Shown here: piece after piece, positions 12,601 to 24,197 of the stretch | Layout of the letters: each line of letters begins with the position of its first letter | Numbering within the stretch: position 1 is the first letter of the stretch | DNA from: Phallusia mammillata | Taxonomy: Eukaryota | Reading direction: 5' to 3' | Assembly: GCA_965637545.1 (NCBI GenBank) | Contig: OZ281500.1 | Location: forward strand, 7,626,001 to 7,690,000 | DNA length: 64,000 nucleotides | Program-made: the position numbers and the translations under genes | Notes under the pieces: model-generated | What the model was told of the DNA's origin: nothing | The model's input: the letters and a program-made list of their open reading frames with translations, nothing else | Databases searched by the model: none

Positions 12601-13816
12601 CTTTGTGGGCAACAAAGAACTCTTGTAACTGTTGTCTTCGGAACCCAACTTTATATTCTGTGTACTTCTTTACCGCATCATCATCAGTGATGTCATCACT
12701 CTGCAAGTATCGTACTTATAATTTCAGGAAAAAGCCCTCACCAAAAACAGAAAACATTGCACAATAATGGTGGTCAACTGTTATTACAAATACAAATTAA
12801 ACAATCTTTTTCAATTTTTGTAACAGAGTATATCATAGCATTAACATACTTGAGTGTTGAGCCATTGTTTGAAAGTCATCATGTTTTGGCCAGGTTTGTC
12901 CATGTCCATGGGTTGCCTTAAACCTCGGTCACCAGGACCCCAGTCCTCTCTAGGAGGATAAGGGGGTCTGTCCCACATGGGACCACCCCAACCTTGATCA
13001 AAACCAGGCTCAAAAGGCCTAAATACAAAAACGAACATGTTTCATGTGTACAATAATTAAAGGATATCTACAACATTCCTTATGGTCATTCTAAAACGAA
13101 AGCCTGGGAATTTTTGTCTTAAACTGTTGTCAGTAATTCTGGAGAACAAATATATATAGCACTTCACTAGATAATAAATTTTAACTATAAACCCTCAACA
13201 GTTCTATACACACAAACAGCTCTATTTTTCAGCATTTTTATACTAACAACAATTCATGATTCACATTTGAATGACGAAAACATGACTGCACAGATTTGTT
13301 TGAAGGAGTACAAAAGATCCAGGAAATAACATATATGTTAGATACAGACATTAATTTGCACATTAGTTTAAATCTATGATCCATATGTTTTAATATCTAG
13401 CTTTACCTAATCCTCTTTCTGGCTCGCATGTCAGCATCCCGACCTGGACTAAAACGACGTTTCATTTCAGGAGGACCTGGCGGGGGATAGTCCATTCTTC
13501 GTCGATGCATTGGTTCTGCTGGTCTCATTCCTCCCTGTTTCATTTCTCCTCCAGGCATTCCAGGTGACCCATTCCAGCCCCTCGGTCTAAAATAACAAGC
13601 ATTGTGTTGACCATCAAAAAGCAATGACCCAATAAAAGATATTTTTAGTCACATACATGAACGATAATCCGTCAAAATTAAAAAAAGTGACACAAATTAT
13701 ACACACCTTTCTCGGGACCATTCTCTTTCGTGACCCCTTCTCTCATATTGATCGCTTCGTTCTCTTTGGAATTTGTCTCTCCTCTGCCTTTCTAGTTCAT
13801 CTTCGCTGTCACCCAT
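3630..13816 (-). CDS. SRRT: Serrate RNA effector / Ars2, about 20 coding exons
   Basis: N-terminus [22 protein letters not shown] (ATG 13816); [17 protein letters not shown]|FKEKYHP; AVILMEGGT; [40 protein letters not shown]; [12 protein letters not shown]; [24 protein letters not shown] zinc finger; C-terminus [16 protein letters not shown] (TGA 3632-3630). All exons join in frame via GT-AG. Confidence 0.96.
5377..6357. mobile_element. Non-autonomous hAT (Ac-type) element with a nested insertion, in an SRRT intron
   Basis: Termini taggaatggg / cccatcccta; perfect 8-bp TSD ATATAGAC at 5369-5376 and 6358-6365; subterminal ctcggc/ccgag repeats. Confidence 0.85.
5596..6164 (+). mobile_element. 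Buster/Charlie-type hAT deletion derivative retaining a transposase BED-finger remnant
   Basis: TIRs caggggtggccaaac / ggtctggccacccctg; flanks ttctaggg(g) / ttctaggg. ORF 5841-6035 contains [26 protein letters not shown], typical of the C2H2 BED finger of Buster/GTF2IRD2-like transposases. Confidence 0.8.
6893..7807. mobile_element. Non-autonomous hAT element with a nested MITE, in an SRRT intron
   Basis: TIRs cagtggttcttaacc / ggttaagaaccactg; perfect TSD GTCCACAG at 6885-6892 and 7808-7815. Confidence 0.88.
6988..7423. mobile_element. hAT MITE nested in 6893-7807; same family as 61599-62076
   Basis: TIRs caggggtgcacaacc / ggttgtgcacccctg; flanks cactaagg / caatgagg (6/8 match). Confidence 0.8.
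8252..8412. mobile_element. Small MITE with ~25-bp TIRs in an SRRT intron
   Basis: tagctaaatttcgataggtggcgcaaag at the left end pairs with ctttacgccccctatcgaaatttagtta at the right end. Confidence 0.65.
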
Positions 13817-14652
13817 TACGTTGTTCTATTTACTCAAAACTGTTTAATAGTTAATATCACTATAAGTCAGTAGTCAGTACTCAGTAGTCAGTACTTTCGC
13901 CGATCTTCGCCGGCGCACGGCAACACTTCAACTCACAACGATTCACACAAAAATCTTTTTTCAACTGACCGTAATTTTTTGAGTATTTATTGCATTTGTT
14001 ACTCATTGAAACTAAAAAAACTATCCAATTGTTTTTTGTTAATAAAGTATTCTAATAGTTACAACTAATACAATTGTCAGTTTAAAAAGCGTTTTACATT
14101 AAAAGACTTTGAATCTTTGGCGTCCCAAATAGAAACAAACTCATAATCTATTGCCCATAGGCCACTTTTGCTTGTCAAACCGTAGAGCACTTATTATTAG
14201 TGTTCTATCGTCCAATAAATACTCTGCTGGTCGCTACAATGTGTACAGCTGACATATAGGTAATGGGTTGGGGGATTTTGTTCGTACGCCAGCTGATTTG
14301 CGTCACAAGATTTGTGACGTATGTTTAACCAAGGACTTCTGAAGCGCGTTCACAGACTACCAAAAGTAACATTCACAATCAACTACAATTAAAGTACAGT
14401 TAATAGATAATTACAAAACATCACATTTGATTTCAGACGGCAATGTGTCAACTATGAAAATGCAAATTATACTTTCTGTGGCCGTAAACATATTGTTATT
14501 TGTGCGTTGAAATGGTGATTCCATGTTTTTCTGTTTATGTTTAATAGCACATAAACAATTGACAAACTAAAACCGGATCTGTCGGGAAAGAGTCGTTACT
14601 CAGCGTCCTGCGTTGCGAGTCTACCTACAGGTTCTTTAAACTTTCAAAATTG
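13817..14652. promoter_or_regulatory. Divergent (head-to-head) upstream region shared by SRRT and the CLC gene
   Basis: The two ATGs point outward ~840 bp apart; perfect inverted repeat cgtcacaa-gat-ttgtgacg at 14301-14319 (CRE/AP-1-like half sites). TSSs not visible. Confidence 0.5.
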
Positions 14653-17600
14653 ATGTCTGGTTGGAACCGCATTTCTTTCAATATCCGTAAAGGCAGAGCG
14701 AGTTCAAACAACGTTGAGATTGATATGGCTTCGTCGGCGTGGCGGAGTGAAACGAACGGTAGGTCCTGGGTAGAGAGTTATTGATTCCTCCGGATAATAT
14801 GAACGTCTTGGGCATAATGATTGTGTTTTTCTCGACAAAGGTATTTAACGTTATTGAATGAAAAAAAACCCACTGCCTCGCATGTAACAATCGCCAGAAA
14901 AAAGCCTATTGTAAAACAACTTACACTTGTTTGAGCTTCCTGCAAAAGTGGAGTGCCAGACTATGTTAAAAGAAAAAAGCATGATTAAGTTTAAAAGTGC
15001 CTGAGGCTAAGTGAAAGAAGTGCAAACAGCTCTCTTACAAGATCAAGATGTAATGCATGTGATAAAAAGAGCATAATGTTTGGTTTGTGAATAACTAACA
15101 GCAGGTTTTTATGTTAGTTTTCAAAACATTTCTTGAAAATTTATAGGAAAGTTTTTAGTGGCATTCACATCAACAAGTGTAAGAAATTGTTAAAAATTTG
15201 TTAAAGTGTGCAGGTTTTGAAATAGTATATAATTATTGTACAGTTGTGTAATCGAGTTAAGTTATTCACAAACCAAAAATACAGTTGTGTAAAAGAAGAG
15301 GCATTTGGTTTAAAAAAAGTTAATTAGGGTATAACAGTATACAGTAAGTGCTTTCATACCTCAGATAACAACAGATTAACAGCCTTTGATAAGGAAAACT
15401 ATATAATAATTAAAGAAATGAGTTTTGTACTGATTTTTCTCTTTTTCATTTTAACCAACGTGTCCTAATGTTATTAAGGCAAACTGCATGCTAGGCGCAT
15501 TGACAGTGATACTGACGACGATCTCATAGACATGACAAGTTTCACAAATAACACCGGAGTATACCACGATGACAGTGAAGATGACCCCCTACTTGGAAAT
15601 CATACATTTCAAGGTATATTTTACAACTTTACAAAGTGTGCACCTAAAATATACAGAATTGCTTGGATCACTTGTTGCATTATTATCACCGCTTGGTGCA
15701 TCACTATACCACTTCGCGTGCACCTTAGTATCCCTTGGTGCTCCTTTATATTACCACATGCACATTTATATCACTTGGTGCACCAAGCAATATGAAGTTG
15801 GACAGAAGGAAATAAAGGTACACCAAGCAAATAAATGGGGCCACCAGGCGATAAAAAGGTGAACCAAGTGATATTAAGGTGCGCTAAGCAGTGATAATAA
15901 TGCACCAGGCAATCATGTATATTTTAGATGTGCCTCCTCCTACTAGACTAAATACACTTCTATAAATAACCTACCAATTTACTGTCATCAACAATATCTC
16001 ATGAACAGATACACAGTTTTAGGTATAATTTATTACCACATGACATTTTGGGACACATAAAACAATGAGACATGTTTTTCAGATAATTTCTATTTAGCAT
16101 TTGGTGTTTAAAAAGTTTCCAACTGTCAGTAAGTTTCTCATTAATGAAGAGGATATGCAGCCACTGTAATCAATCCACAAGCTGGAAATCAATACATTTT
16201 TTCTTCTTTACAGCCATTGCAACTGAAAGAAGAGGCAAGTCTGGCACAGCAGTCACCAGTCATTTATTGGAGGCACTAGACAGTTCAGAGGCAGGCATGG
16301 ATGACATTGGTACTTATGATGATTTTCACACAATCGATTGGCTTAGGGAGATGTCCCGAAATCGTTTACGGCATCGGCAGATCTTGTATGGCAAAAAGGA
16401 ATCTTTCTTTAAAACCATTAAAAGCTTGCATGATGCCTGGTCAGGTTGGCTTGTGGTGCTCCTGGTTGGGTTAGCTGCAGGTGGGAAAAATCAATTTGAA
16501 TGTTGTTGTTGTTTAAAATTGTTGTTGCCAGACTTAGTCTTTTGTGTTGTACTGTAAAACTTTGTGGAAGAAATAGCTATTGGGTTGTGACAATAACTTT
16601 ATGTCACTTTTAGTTTGACTGTTCTGTATGTGTATTTGGCACTATTTGCAACATTATAAATGCAGTAACCCTTAGTTAAACCTGATTCAGTTAATCCAGA
16701 CCTTTGTAAAATTAGGACAAAACTTGAGTTACAAATGATTTATAAAGCGGTAAGGCTTGAACTAACTGATGTTGGTTAATCCATCTTTGACTTAATGGCG
16801 ACACATTTTTTGGTCCACAACGAATCGTGATTAACTGAGTTTTACTGTATAACATTTAAAAAACAAATTCATGTCATCTTAATCACAAAATATTGCACCC
16901 CTTGGCACTACAGCATAGCCTGAATATAAAATATTAGCAGGGTTTTAAGTCTGTGTTCAGTCATAAATATTGCATAGACATGTGAAAACAAGCACCACAA
17001 TATTATTTACAGGAACATGTGCTGGTATCATCGACATTGTGACCAAGTGGCTTACAGATATCAAACTTGGAGTATGTACATTTGCATTTTATTTAAACAA
17101 GGAATCATGTTGTTGGATGTCAGAATCAAAAAACAGTTTAACTGATAATTGCACTCAATGGAAAACTTGGTCTGAAATCTTTGGCATGACAGAAAGTGTA
17201 AGTGCAATTTTAAACTGGCCAATTTGGTGATGCAATTTGCTAACTTTTGAGTTTTATTTGTAGAACACATCTTCAACATATGTTCTGAATTATTTTGTGT
17301 ACATCTTGATGGCCATATTGTTTTCAGCACTGGCTGCATTGCTTGTAAAAGTGTTTGCTCCATATGCTTGTGGTTCGGGTATACCAGAGGTAAGATCGTA
17401 ATCAATGTTCTTACCCACCAGTCCCGTTTTGTTTCAGAGGAAAATTTGGTTTAAGCCTTGAATAATATATTGTTTGAAATAACAGTATTCAATTCATATT
17501 TTGCCTTGCAGGTCAAAACGATATTGAGTGGCTTTATTATTAGAGGTTATTTGGGAAAATGGACATTGCTGATCAAATCAATGACAGCACCTTTGGCCGT

Positions 17601-20600
17601 GGCATCTAACCTCAGCCTTGGTAAGGAGGGGCCACTTGTGCACATTGCAGCATGCTGTGGAAATGTATTTGGCCATTTATTTCCTAAATATGCCAAAAAC
17701 GAAGCGAAGAAAAGAGAAGTATTGTCGGCTGCAGCAGCTGCTGGTGTTTCAGTTGCTTTTGGTGCACCAGTTGGTGGAGTTCTATTTAGTTTAGAGGAGG
17801 TGAGAGATTTTGACATTAGTAATCAATAAATAAAGATATAAAAAGTAATGACCTTTAACATGTATGGTGTGAATATATTTAAAAAATTAAAGTGGTGTTT
17901 TGTAAAAGTTTTCAATAAAAAATACCTTCCCAATCAATAAGCAACCCAAACCACCATCTTCTCAGGAATATATTTGTTATAAATGTGATTTAAACTGTTA
18001 TAGGTCAGCTACTACTTTCCTATGAAGACACTATGGAGGTCATTCTTCTGTGCTTTGACTGCAGCCTTTATATTGCGCTCAATCAATCCTTTTGGGACTT
18101 CACACCTTGTCATGTTTTATGTGACTTACAACCGGCCATGGTTTCTCTTTGAGCTAATACCATTTTCACTACTAGGAGTTCTGGGTGGACTTTATGGGGC
18201 AGCATTTATTCATGCCAACTTGGCCTGGTGCAGATTCAGAAAGACCTCCAAGGTTTGCACATACTTGTAACATTGAGTAAGAGGGCTTTACACATGCCCT
18301 TAGTGACTGAATATTGATTTTAAACGCTGTCAGTCCAAATTGAAATCAACACAAAATTTTGATCAAAAAAACATTTTTTGCTTAAACCAAAAAATATTTT
18401 AGTGCAAAGAGTTTTGTAAGTTTATTTGCATTTTTTGTAAATCTTGTCAAACTTTAAGACATATATTTACAATTTTTATTCAAAGTTCTGTTTTACTTTT
18501 TTAGCTGGGAAAGATTCCAATTTTAGAAGTAATAGCAGTGACATTTATCACTGCCGCAGCATCTTACCCAAATCCTTACACAAGAATCGATGCAAGTTCT
18601 ATGATTGCTGGTTTGTTTAAAGAATGTGGTCATGTCATTGAAACCAATTTATGTGATTACAAGGCTAGTGTAAGTAACATCATCATGCATCTACTGCATT
18701 ATAAGTTTCAAACATTTAAAACATAAAAAAACTCTGTCCAATTTTTGCAGAACAAAAATGGCTCAGCAATATTTTCATCTGAAAGAGATCTTCCAAATGG
18801 TGACATTGGTGCAGGTCTGCAGACAGCTGTTTGGCAGTTGGTGATTGCACTGATTCTTAAATCTGTAATCACGGTCTTCACATTTGGACTCAAGGTAGGT
18901 TGACAAAACAGATTTTTATGTTTGTTAACCAAAAAGTCTGCAGACTGTTTTCTATGTTTCCTAGTTTCCATGTAGCTCCAGTTTTAAGCTCATCATTTAT
19001 TAATTTTCATTTTGGCATTTGGTTTTTATTGCAAAACAAACTAGATTTTCTGTCAGAACATTTTTGTCCAAAAGAGAATTTTACTTCCCCAAAATTCAGC
19101 TTACACAATAAAGCATGTCGCATTTACGTCTGTCTGGGCCGGTACTTTCATCATTAAACTTATGAACAGATCTGTACATAGTGTTCCAAAGTACATAGGC
19201 AACCATTTACAGCATTGTAATGAAGAAGACAGCTTATATATTTTCACAAACTTCTCAGGTCCCAACTGGTCTCTTTATACCAAGCATGGCTGTTGGTGCA
19301 ATCATGGGTCGGCTAATTGGCATCGGGATAAAGCAATTAGTGTTCACGTACCCAGACTGTTTCTTGTGGAAAAACAGCTGCCATGGGGCGAGCAGTTGCG
19401 TTACACCAGGCCTGTATGCGATGGTCGGTGCAGCAGCCACACTGGGTAAGTGTAACTTGTTCCGTTGCTTAAACATGCGGATGGTCAACAGGGTTTTGCA
19501 CTTAAACAACCAGGCGTTGGCAATGATTTAATTCCGATCATATGGTCGCTAAAATCCGATTACAGAAGTCGCTGAACTTTGTCTTTTGTGTTTTACAATC
19601 GCCAATCAATTGGTCTGCGAGCGCGCCGTTTCATGCAGGAAAGCATTCGAACCCCGGCTTATTTTGCAGTAGCTTTACAGAAGTCACTGCTTGTAGAACA
19701 GAGTGTATGAAAATTGTTTCCGGACAGACAATCGCGTGCGCATTGTTCAGTGGATTTCACAAGCATACGACTTTTTGCGTGCAGGGGGAGTGACGCGTAT
19801 GACGGTCTCACTGGTTGTGATCATGTTTGAACTGACTGGAGGCCTGCAGTACATTGTGCCGTTAATGGCTGCTGCGATGTTCAGCAAATGGACGGGAGAC
19901 GCGTTTGGCCACGAAGGCATTTATGATGGCCACATACGACTCAACGGCTATCCTTTTCTTGACAACAAAGAAGAATTTACCCACACAACTCTCGGTTTGT
20001 GCTCACACTTAAACTTTTGATTATTTAAAAACTTGAATGCAAATTTACACTAGGCCTTCATATTTTAGGATGTAACACTCCAAACTCATGCAATGTTTTG
20101 TTGATTTTGTTCTCAACATTTGGGCAGTTAAAAAAAACATTGATTAAATCTCCAATATCTTAAGTCGTGACACGTTTTCTTGGTGGGGAGTTTACTGAAT
20201 TCATATGTTTGTCACTAAAATCAATTTGTGTTGCTTTGTAAATGATTCCGACAGAAATTTCCAAAACTTTACCTAAAATGGTAAACATGTGCTCGACACA
20301 ATGTATATAAGTTTTTCAAGATATTTTTCTTCGCACTAATGACTCACTTACCAACACCACCCAAGGCTTTGGAATTTTCCATCCTATACTGCAGTGGCCC
20401 TAGGATTTTCCAGTCTGTAATATCCTGAACGAAACTTTTCCTTTGCAGCAACGGACGTGATGCGGCCGCGGAGGGGAGATCCCCCTCTACGTGTCGTCAC
20501 AAAAGACGGAATGACGGTGGAGGATTTGGAAATGTTGGTGAGGTCGACAAATTACAATGGGTTTCCAGTAATCACCTCTCACGACTCGCAAAGATTGGTC

Positions 20601-21972
20601 GGTTACCTTTATCGACGAGATCTTATTTTCGCTTTAGGTAAGTTGGGATGTGTTTTGACGAAGTTGTTTTAATTTAATTAACATATAACTGCCAGAGAAT
20701 TGTGTGCGGTAAAAAAGTTACATGTGGTTGTCCTATGAAAAAATTTTTTTTGCGGGAATGTGTTCTTTTATTCACGCCACTTGGGTGACTTGGTTAATTG
20801 CTTGAGCTTGCATGCATTTTCGCTGGCTACTAACTTAAGTAATAAAGAAAAATTATTATTTTAGATTAAACGCTCACAGTTGGTGTTTCTAGAATAAGCC
20901 AAGCCTGATAAAAAATTTCTTAAAGCTTAACGCTCAACAAATATAGATGTTTTTTTAAACTGAATGTTTTTCACAGAGCATAAATGCTGGTCTTAATCAT
21001 ATCTTGTCAAAATTTTAAAAAAAATACCAATTTGTTCAGGAACAGTGGTAAATGTATTCTGTGACAAACTACTCTAAACCTGCTATCTTACATAAAGCAT
21101 TTTGGTTGCAGAAAATGCGCGACTTCACAACGAGAACGTGCTCAGCAACTCGAAAGTTTATTTCAGTTTGCATGCACCGCCGTCGGTTTCTTCTTCCAAC
21201 GAACCTTCACCAGTTCGTCTTTTTAACATCGTCGATCTGAGTCCAATCACAATCACCGATCACACGCCCATGGAGATCGTAGTCGAAATATTTTCCAAGT
21301 TAGGGATTCGTCAAGCGCTAGTCACGCATAATGGGTAAGTAAAAGCCGCATTGGACGAAGTTTTAGTTAACTTTGTATCTTTTACATTAAATCTTTGTTT
21401 TTAACTGTATGACTACATTCGTGTGGTACTTTTTAATAATATGTTTACGATGAGCAAATTTTAAAGGACAAAAATTTGATTTTGATTTTTTATGTAATGC
21501 CTGTGTTTTGTGCATACACTAGCACTCGGAAGAATAAGTGGGAATGGTAAATATTATATGCACGAAAACTTTCACAAAGTGTTTGTCAATGTCGTCATGT
21601 ATATATCTCTATTGTAAAATTTCCAAAGTTTTTTGTGGTATCTGTGATGTTTGATATTGTGAGTATCTTGCGTCAAGGAAAGATAACCATTCAAAATCTG
21701 AAAATATTTTTTTAATTATAAACACAAACAAAATGCTCGCCGGAAATGCTTTCCGAACCGAAAAAGTTAATGACCCGACAACAAGAACGCACAGGCTTAT
21801 ATTATCAAATGTTGATTTTTATCTGCCGAACAGTCCGCTCTTAGGCTACCTTCGATACTAATCCAATTTGTTGTTCAACAGCCGTCTATTGGGAATTATT
21901 ACCAAGAAAGACGTTCTTCGTCACATCGCGCAGCTCAACCAGCAGGATCCGGACTCGATTATGTTCAACTAA
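14653..21972 (+). CDS. CLCN3/4/5: Endosomal ClC-3/4/5-type 2Cl-/H+ antiporter with CBS domains (multi-exon)
   Basis: [14 protein letters not shown]; GSGIPE; GKEGPLVH (gating Glu); VLFSLEEV (proton Glu); GLFIPS; [13 protein letters not shown]; C-terminus [30 protein letters not shown] (TAA 21970-21972). All internal exons join in frame. The first exon 14653-14758 is less certain. Confidence 0.95.
15637..15934. mobile_element. Foldback-like palindromic element built from ~20-bp tandem subrepeats, in a CLC intron
   Basis: Left arm ctaaaatatacagaattgcttgg..tgcattattatcac mirrors right arm gtgataataatgcaccaggcaatcatgtatattttag; internal degenerate ttatatcacttggtgcacc units on the left and ggtgaaccaagtgatat units on the right. 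Confidence 0.7.
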
Positions 21973-22789
21973 CTTCGATGTTTCATTGCTTTTTGTCGAA
22001 GGGTGTCGCCCGTGAGCGAGATACAATAAATTCAGAAGCCAAGTACGGCGGTTCTGAATAAAGCAAACCCATTGAAGCTGAATCATATACATTTGGGTGT
22101 AACATGAGTTCAAAGGGCAAGATCATACTTGTTTCGTAGTGTTAAGCAGCACACTGTTAAAGATCAAATTTTACACACCACTTACCAACAGTACGTGAAT
22201 CCACACGCGCCATTTCATCAACGTACACATTATACTTGTGCAGTATTTTCTTGTTTTAAGTACATCTAATACCGTTCGTGAGATATCTATATATGTTCGT
22301 TATTATTATTTCGATATTTATCGTTTATATTATTATCGTTTTGAAATCTGTACTCGTGTGAATTTCTTCCCGAACACAAGTGTACACGGTTTGTGCATCA
22401 CGGACTTGTGAGTATTATCGCTGTGTTCATGCGACTTTTCATATGATTCAGTGAAATATTGCTCGCCGGATCATAACAGTGCAATGAGAGACTGGACACG
22501 TTGTCATTTTTATTTAAATGCGTTGTGCATTTTTCCCTAACCCGTTACAACGCCACAGGGAACAAATGCGTTATTAACTTGCTAATAAAGTTAAAAGCTC
22601 TCAAAGAATATCTTTGTTGATTTTTATTTGACTACTTAAATGAAATGTTATGTTATTGTAGATCAAGAGTTCTGCTGTGTCAAAATGCATTTGCAAAGAT
22701 TTTTTCTTCCGTTTCGACAGCCTGATGGGTGCAACAGAAAAGAAGCTATTGTACTTGTGCAGTCGTTCGCAACCTTATTTAGGCCTATG

Positions 22790-23045
22790 ATTGTTGACCT
22801 TGGGCAAAGCTACTCGGGTAGTGTCTGTAACATAGTTACGCGTACCACAGGCACTACTCTAGTGACCAGTGTAACAGGATGTCATTTAAGATTTAACTTC
22901 CTCATGATGAGTAAATTTTGACGGCGATTGCACTAACCACTAGACTATCTCAGTGTTAAAATCTGAATGGGGGTCTGGTGGGTTTGAACCACTGAGCATT
23001 TGAATATGGGCGATGGTACCAACCACCTGACTAACTCGCTAGTTA
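22790..23045 (-). mobile_element. tRNA-derived SINE-like element between the CLC and SPATA18 3' ends
   Basis: Minus strand shows an A-box-like tagtcaggtgg (~23033-23023), a B-box-like ggttcaaaccc (~22990-22980) and a SINE-body motif ttgcccaaggtca (~22807-22795). Confidence 0.5.
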
Positions 23046-24197
23046 GCAAGTAAAAACGCGAGAAACCGACATGTAAAATTTGTGTTGTATTACAGATCCG
23101 ATGCAAAATTAAGCTTCCATGCAAAATTCTAACAGTGAACCACCCTACGACTAAGCATTGATACATATTTCTAAAGTACAGTGAAAACAAAACATAAAAA
23201 GCGAGTTCGAAGGCACTTTTGTGGAACATCGCAAGAAACATTTTCAAACTATGTACAAAATCGAAATAATCGACATTTCAACCGAAGACAGTGAGGGCCA
23301 ATCTATAAATATAGGAGTTTGCAAGATGTGTGGTCGTGCAGTTGAACTGTACAAACGTAAAAAAATAGAAAATTTTGTTTGAATCTTCCGCGGCGTTTGG
23401 GTATTGCACGACGCAAAGGTTGTGTTTGTTGCAATCTAAAGCAAGCCGAATTGATTTTCGGGGTGGAGAAGTGACTTTTTTACAAAATATGTTGACATCT
23501 GCACACACGCCTGAACAAGGTCAAGCTGCAGCACAGATATCATTGTGTAGAATTTAAAACGGAATTAAATAAAATCTGTATGCCAGCTTAGGCCAGTGAA
23601 ATCTGCGCTGAAGTTGGCCCGGCAAATAGTGTTGACTCCGGGCTTGTGTTTGCCCAGTCACAGAGCGGACGGGAACTTGAGAGTTTCGGGCATAACGCGT
23701 CAGACCAACGTGACGCAATAATAGCGATCGAACACGTCAGCAATTGATTGTGCAAAACACCGGCCGCTGTCCAAACAGGCAAAGATCCAGCTCGACGGGA
23801 AAAGCGCCTATGAAATTCGATTTATCACTGTTCAACTACAAAGAGTGCTCGGCGCTACGGTAAGTGCTCTAAAACGTTAAGTTCGAGTAGAGAACGGCAG
23901 GGCTGCGAGCGCCAAAAAGGGGAACACATAACTAATTGAGTCGGCGGTACATATTGACGAACACTTCGCTGCTGTTTGGCACCCAATATTTAACCCGAAG
24001 AGCCGTGACGTCATCAGCGTACCGAGTGACGTCACTGCGTGGTTCGGGTGAGGCATGAGCGAAAGACACAGAACAATATAAGGTTTGAGGCGACTTCTAA
24101 CGGGGACATATACTGGTAAAGACACATACATGCACTAAGGACACAGAGTGGTACAAAAAAAGGAAATTACGGTGGAATCTGGGACGCGGTGGTGGAA

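Noticed and set aside
13861-13895. Short agtcagt tandem repeat upstream of SRRT
   Set aside because: Low-complexity microsatellite-like; no spacers, so not CRISPR-like, and no functional evidence.
23581-24131. GC-rich stretch with coding-looking frames on both strands and a plus-strand donor at 23860
   Set aside because: All frames are interrupted by stops and lack a start or splice chain; most simply the SPATA18 3' UTR.
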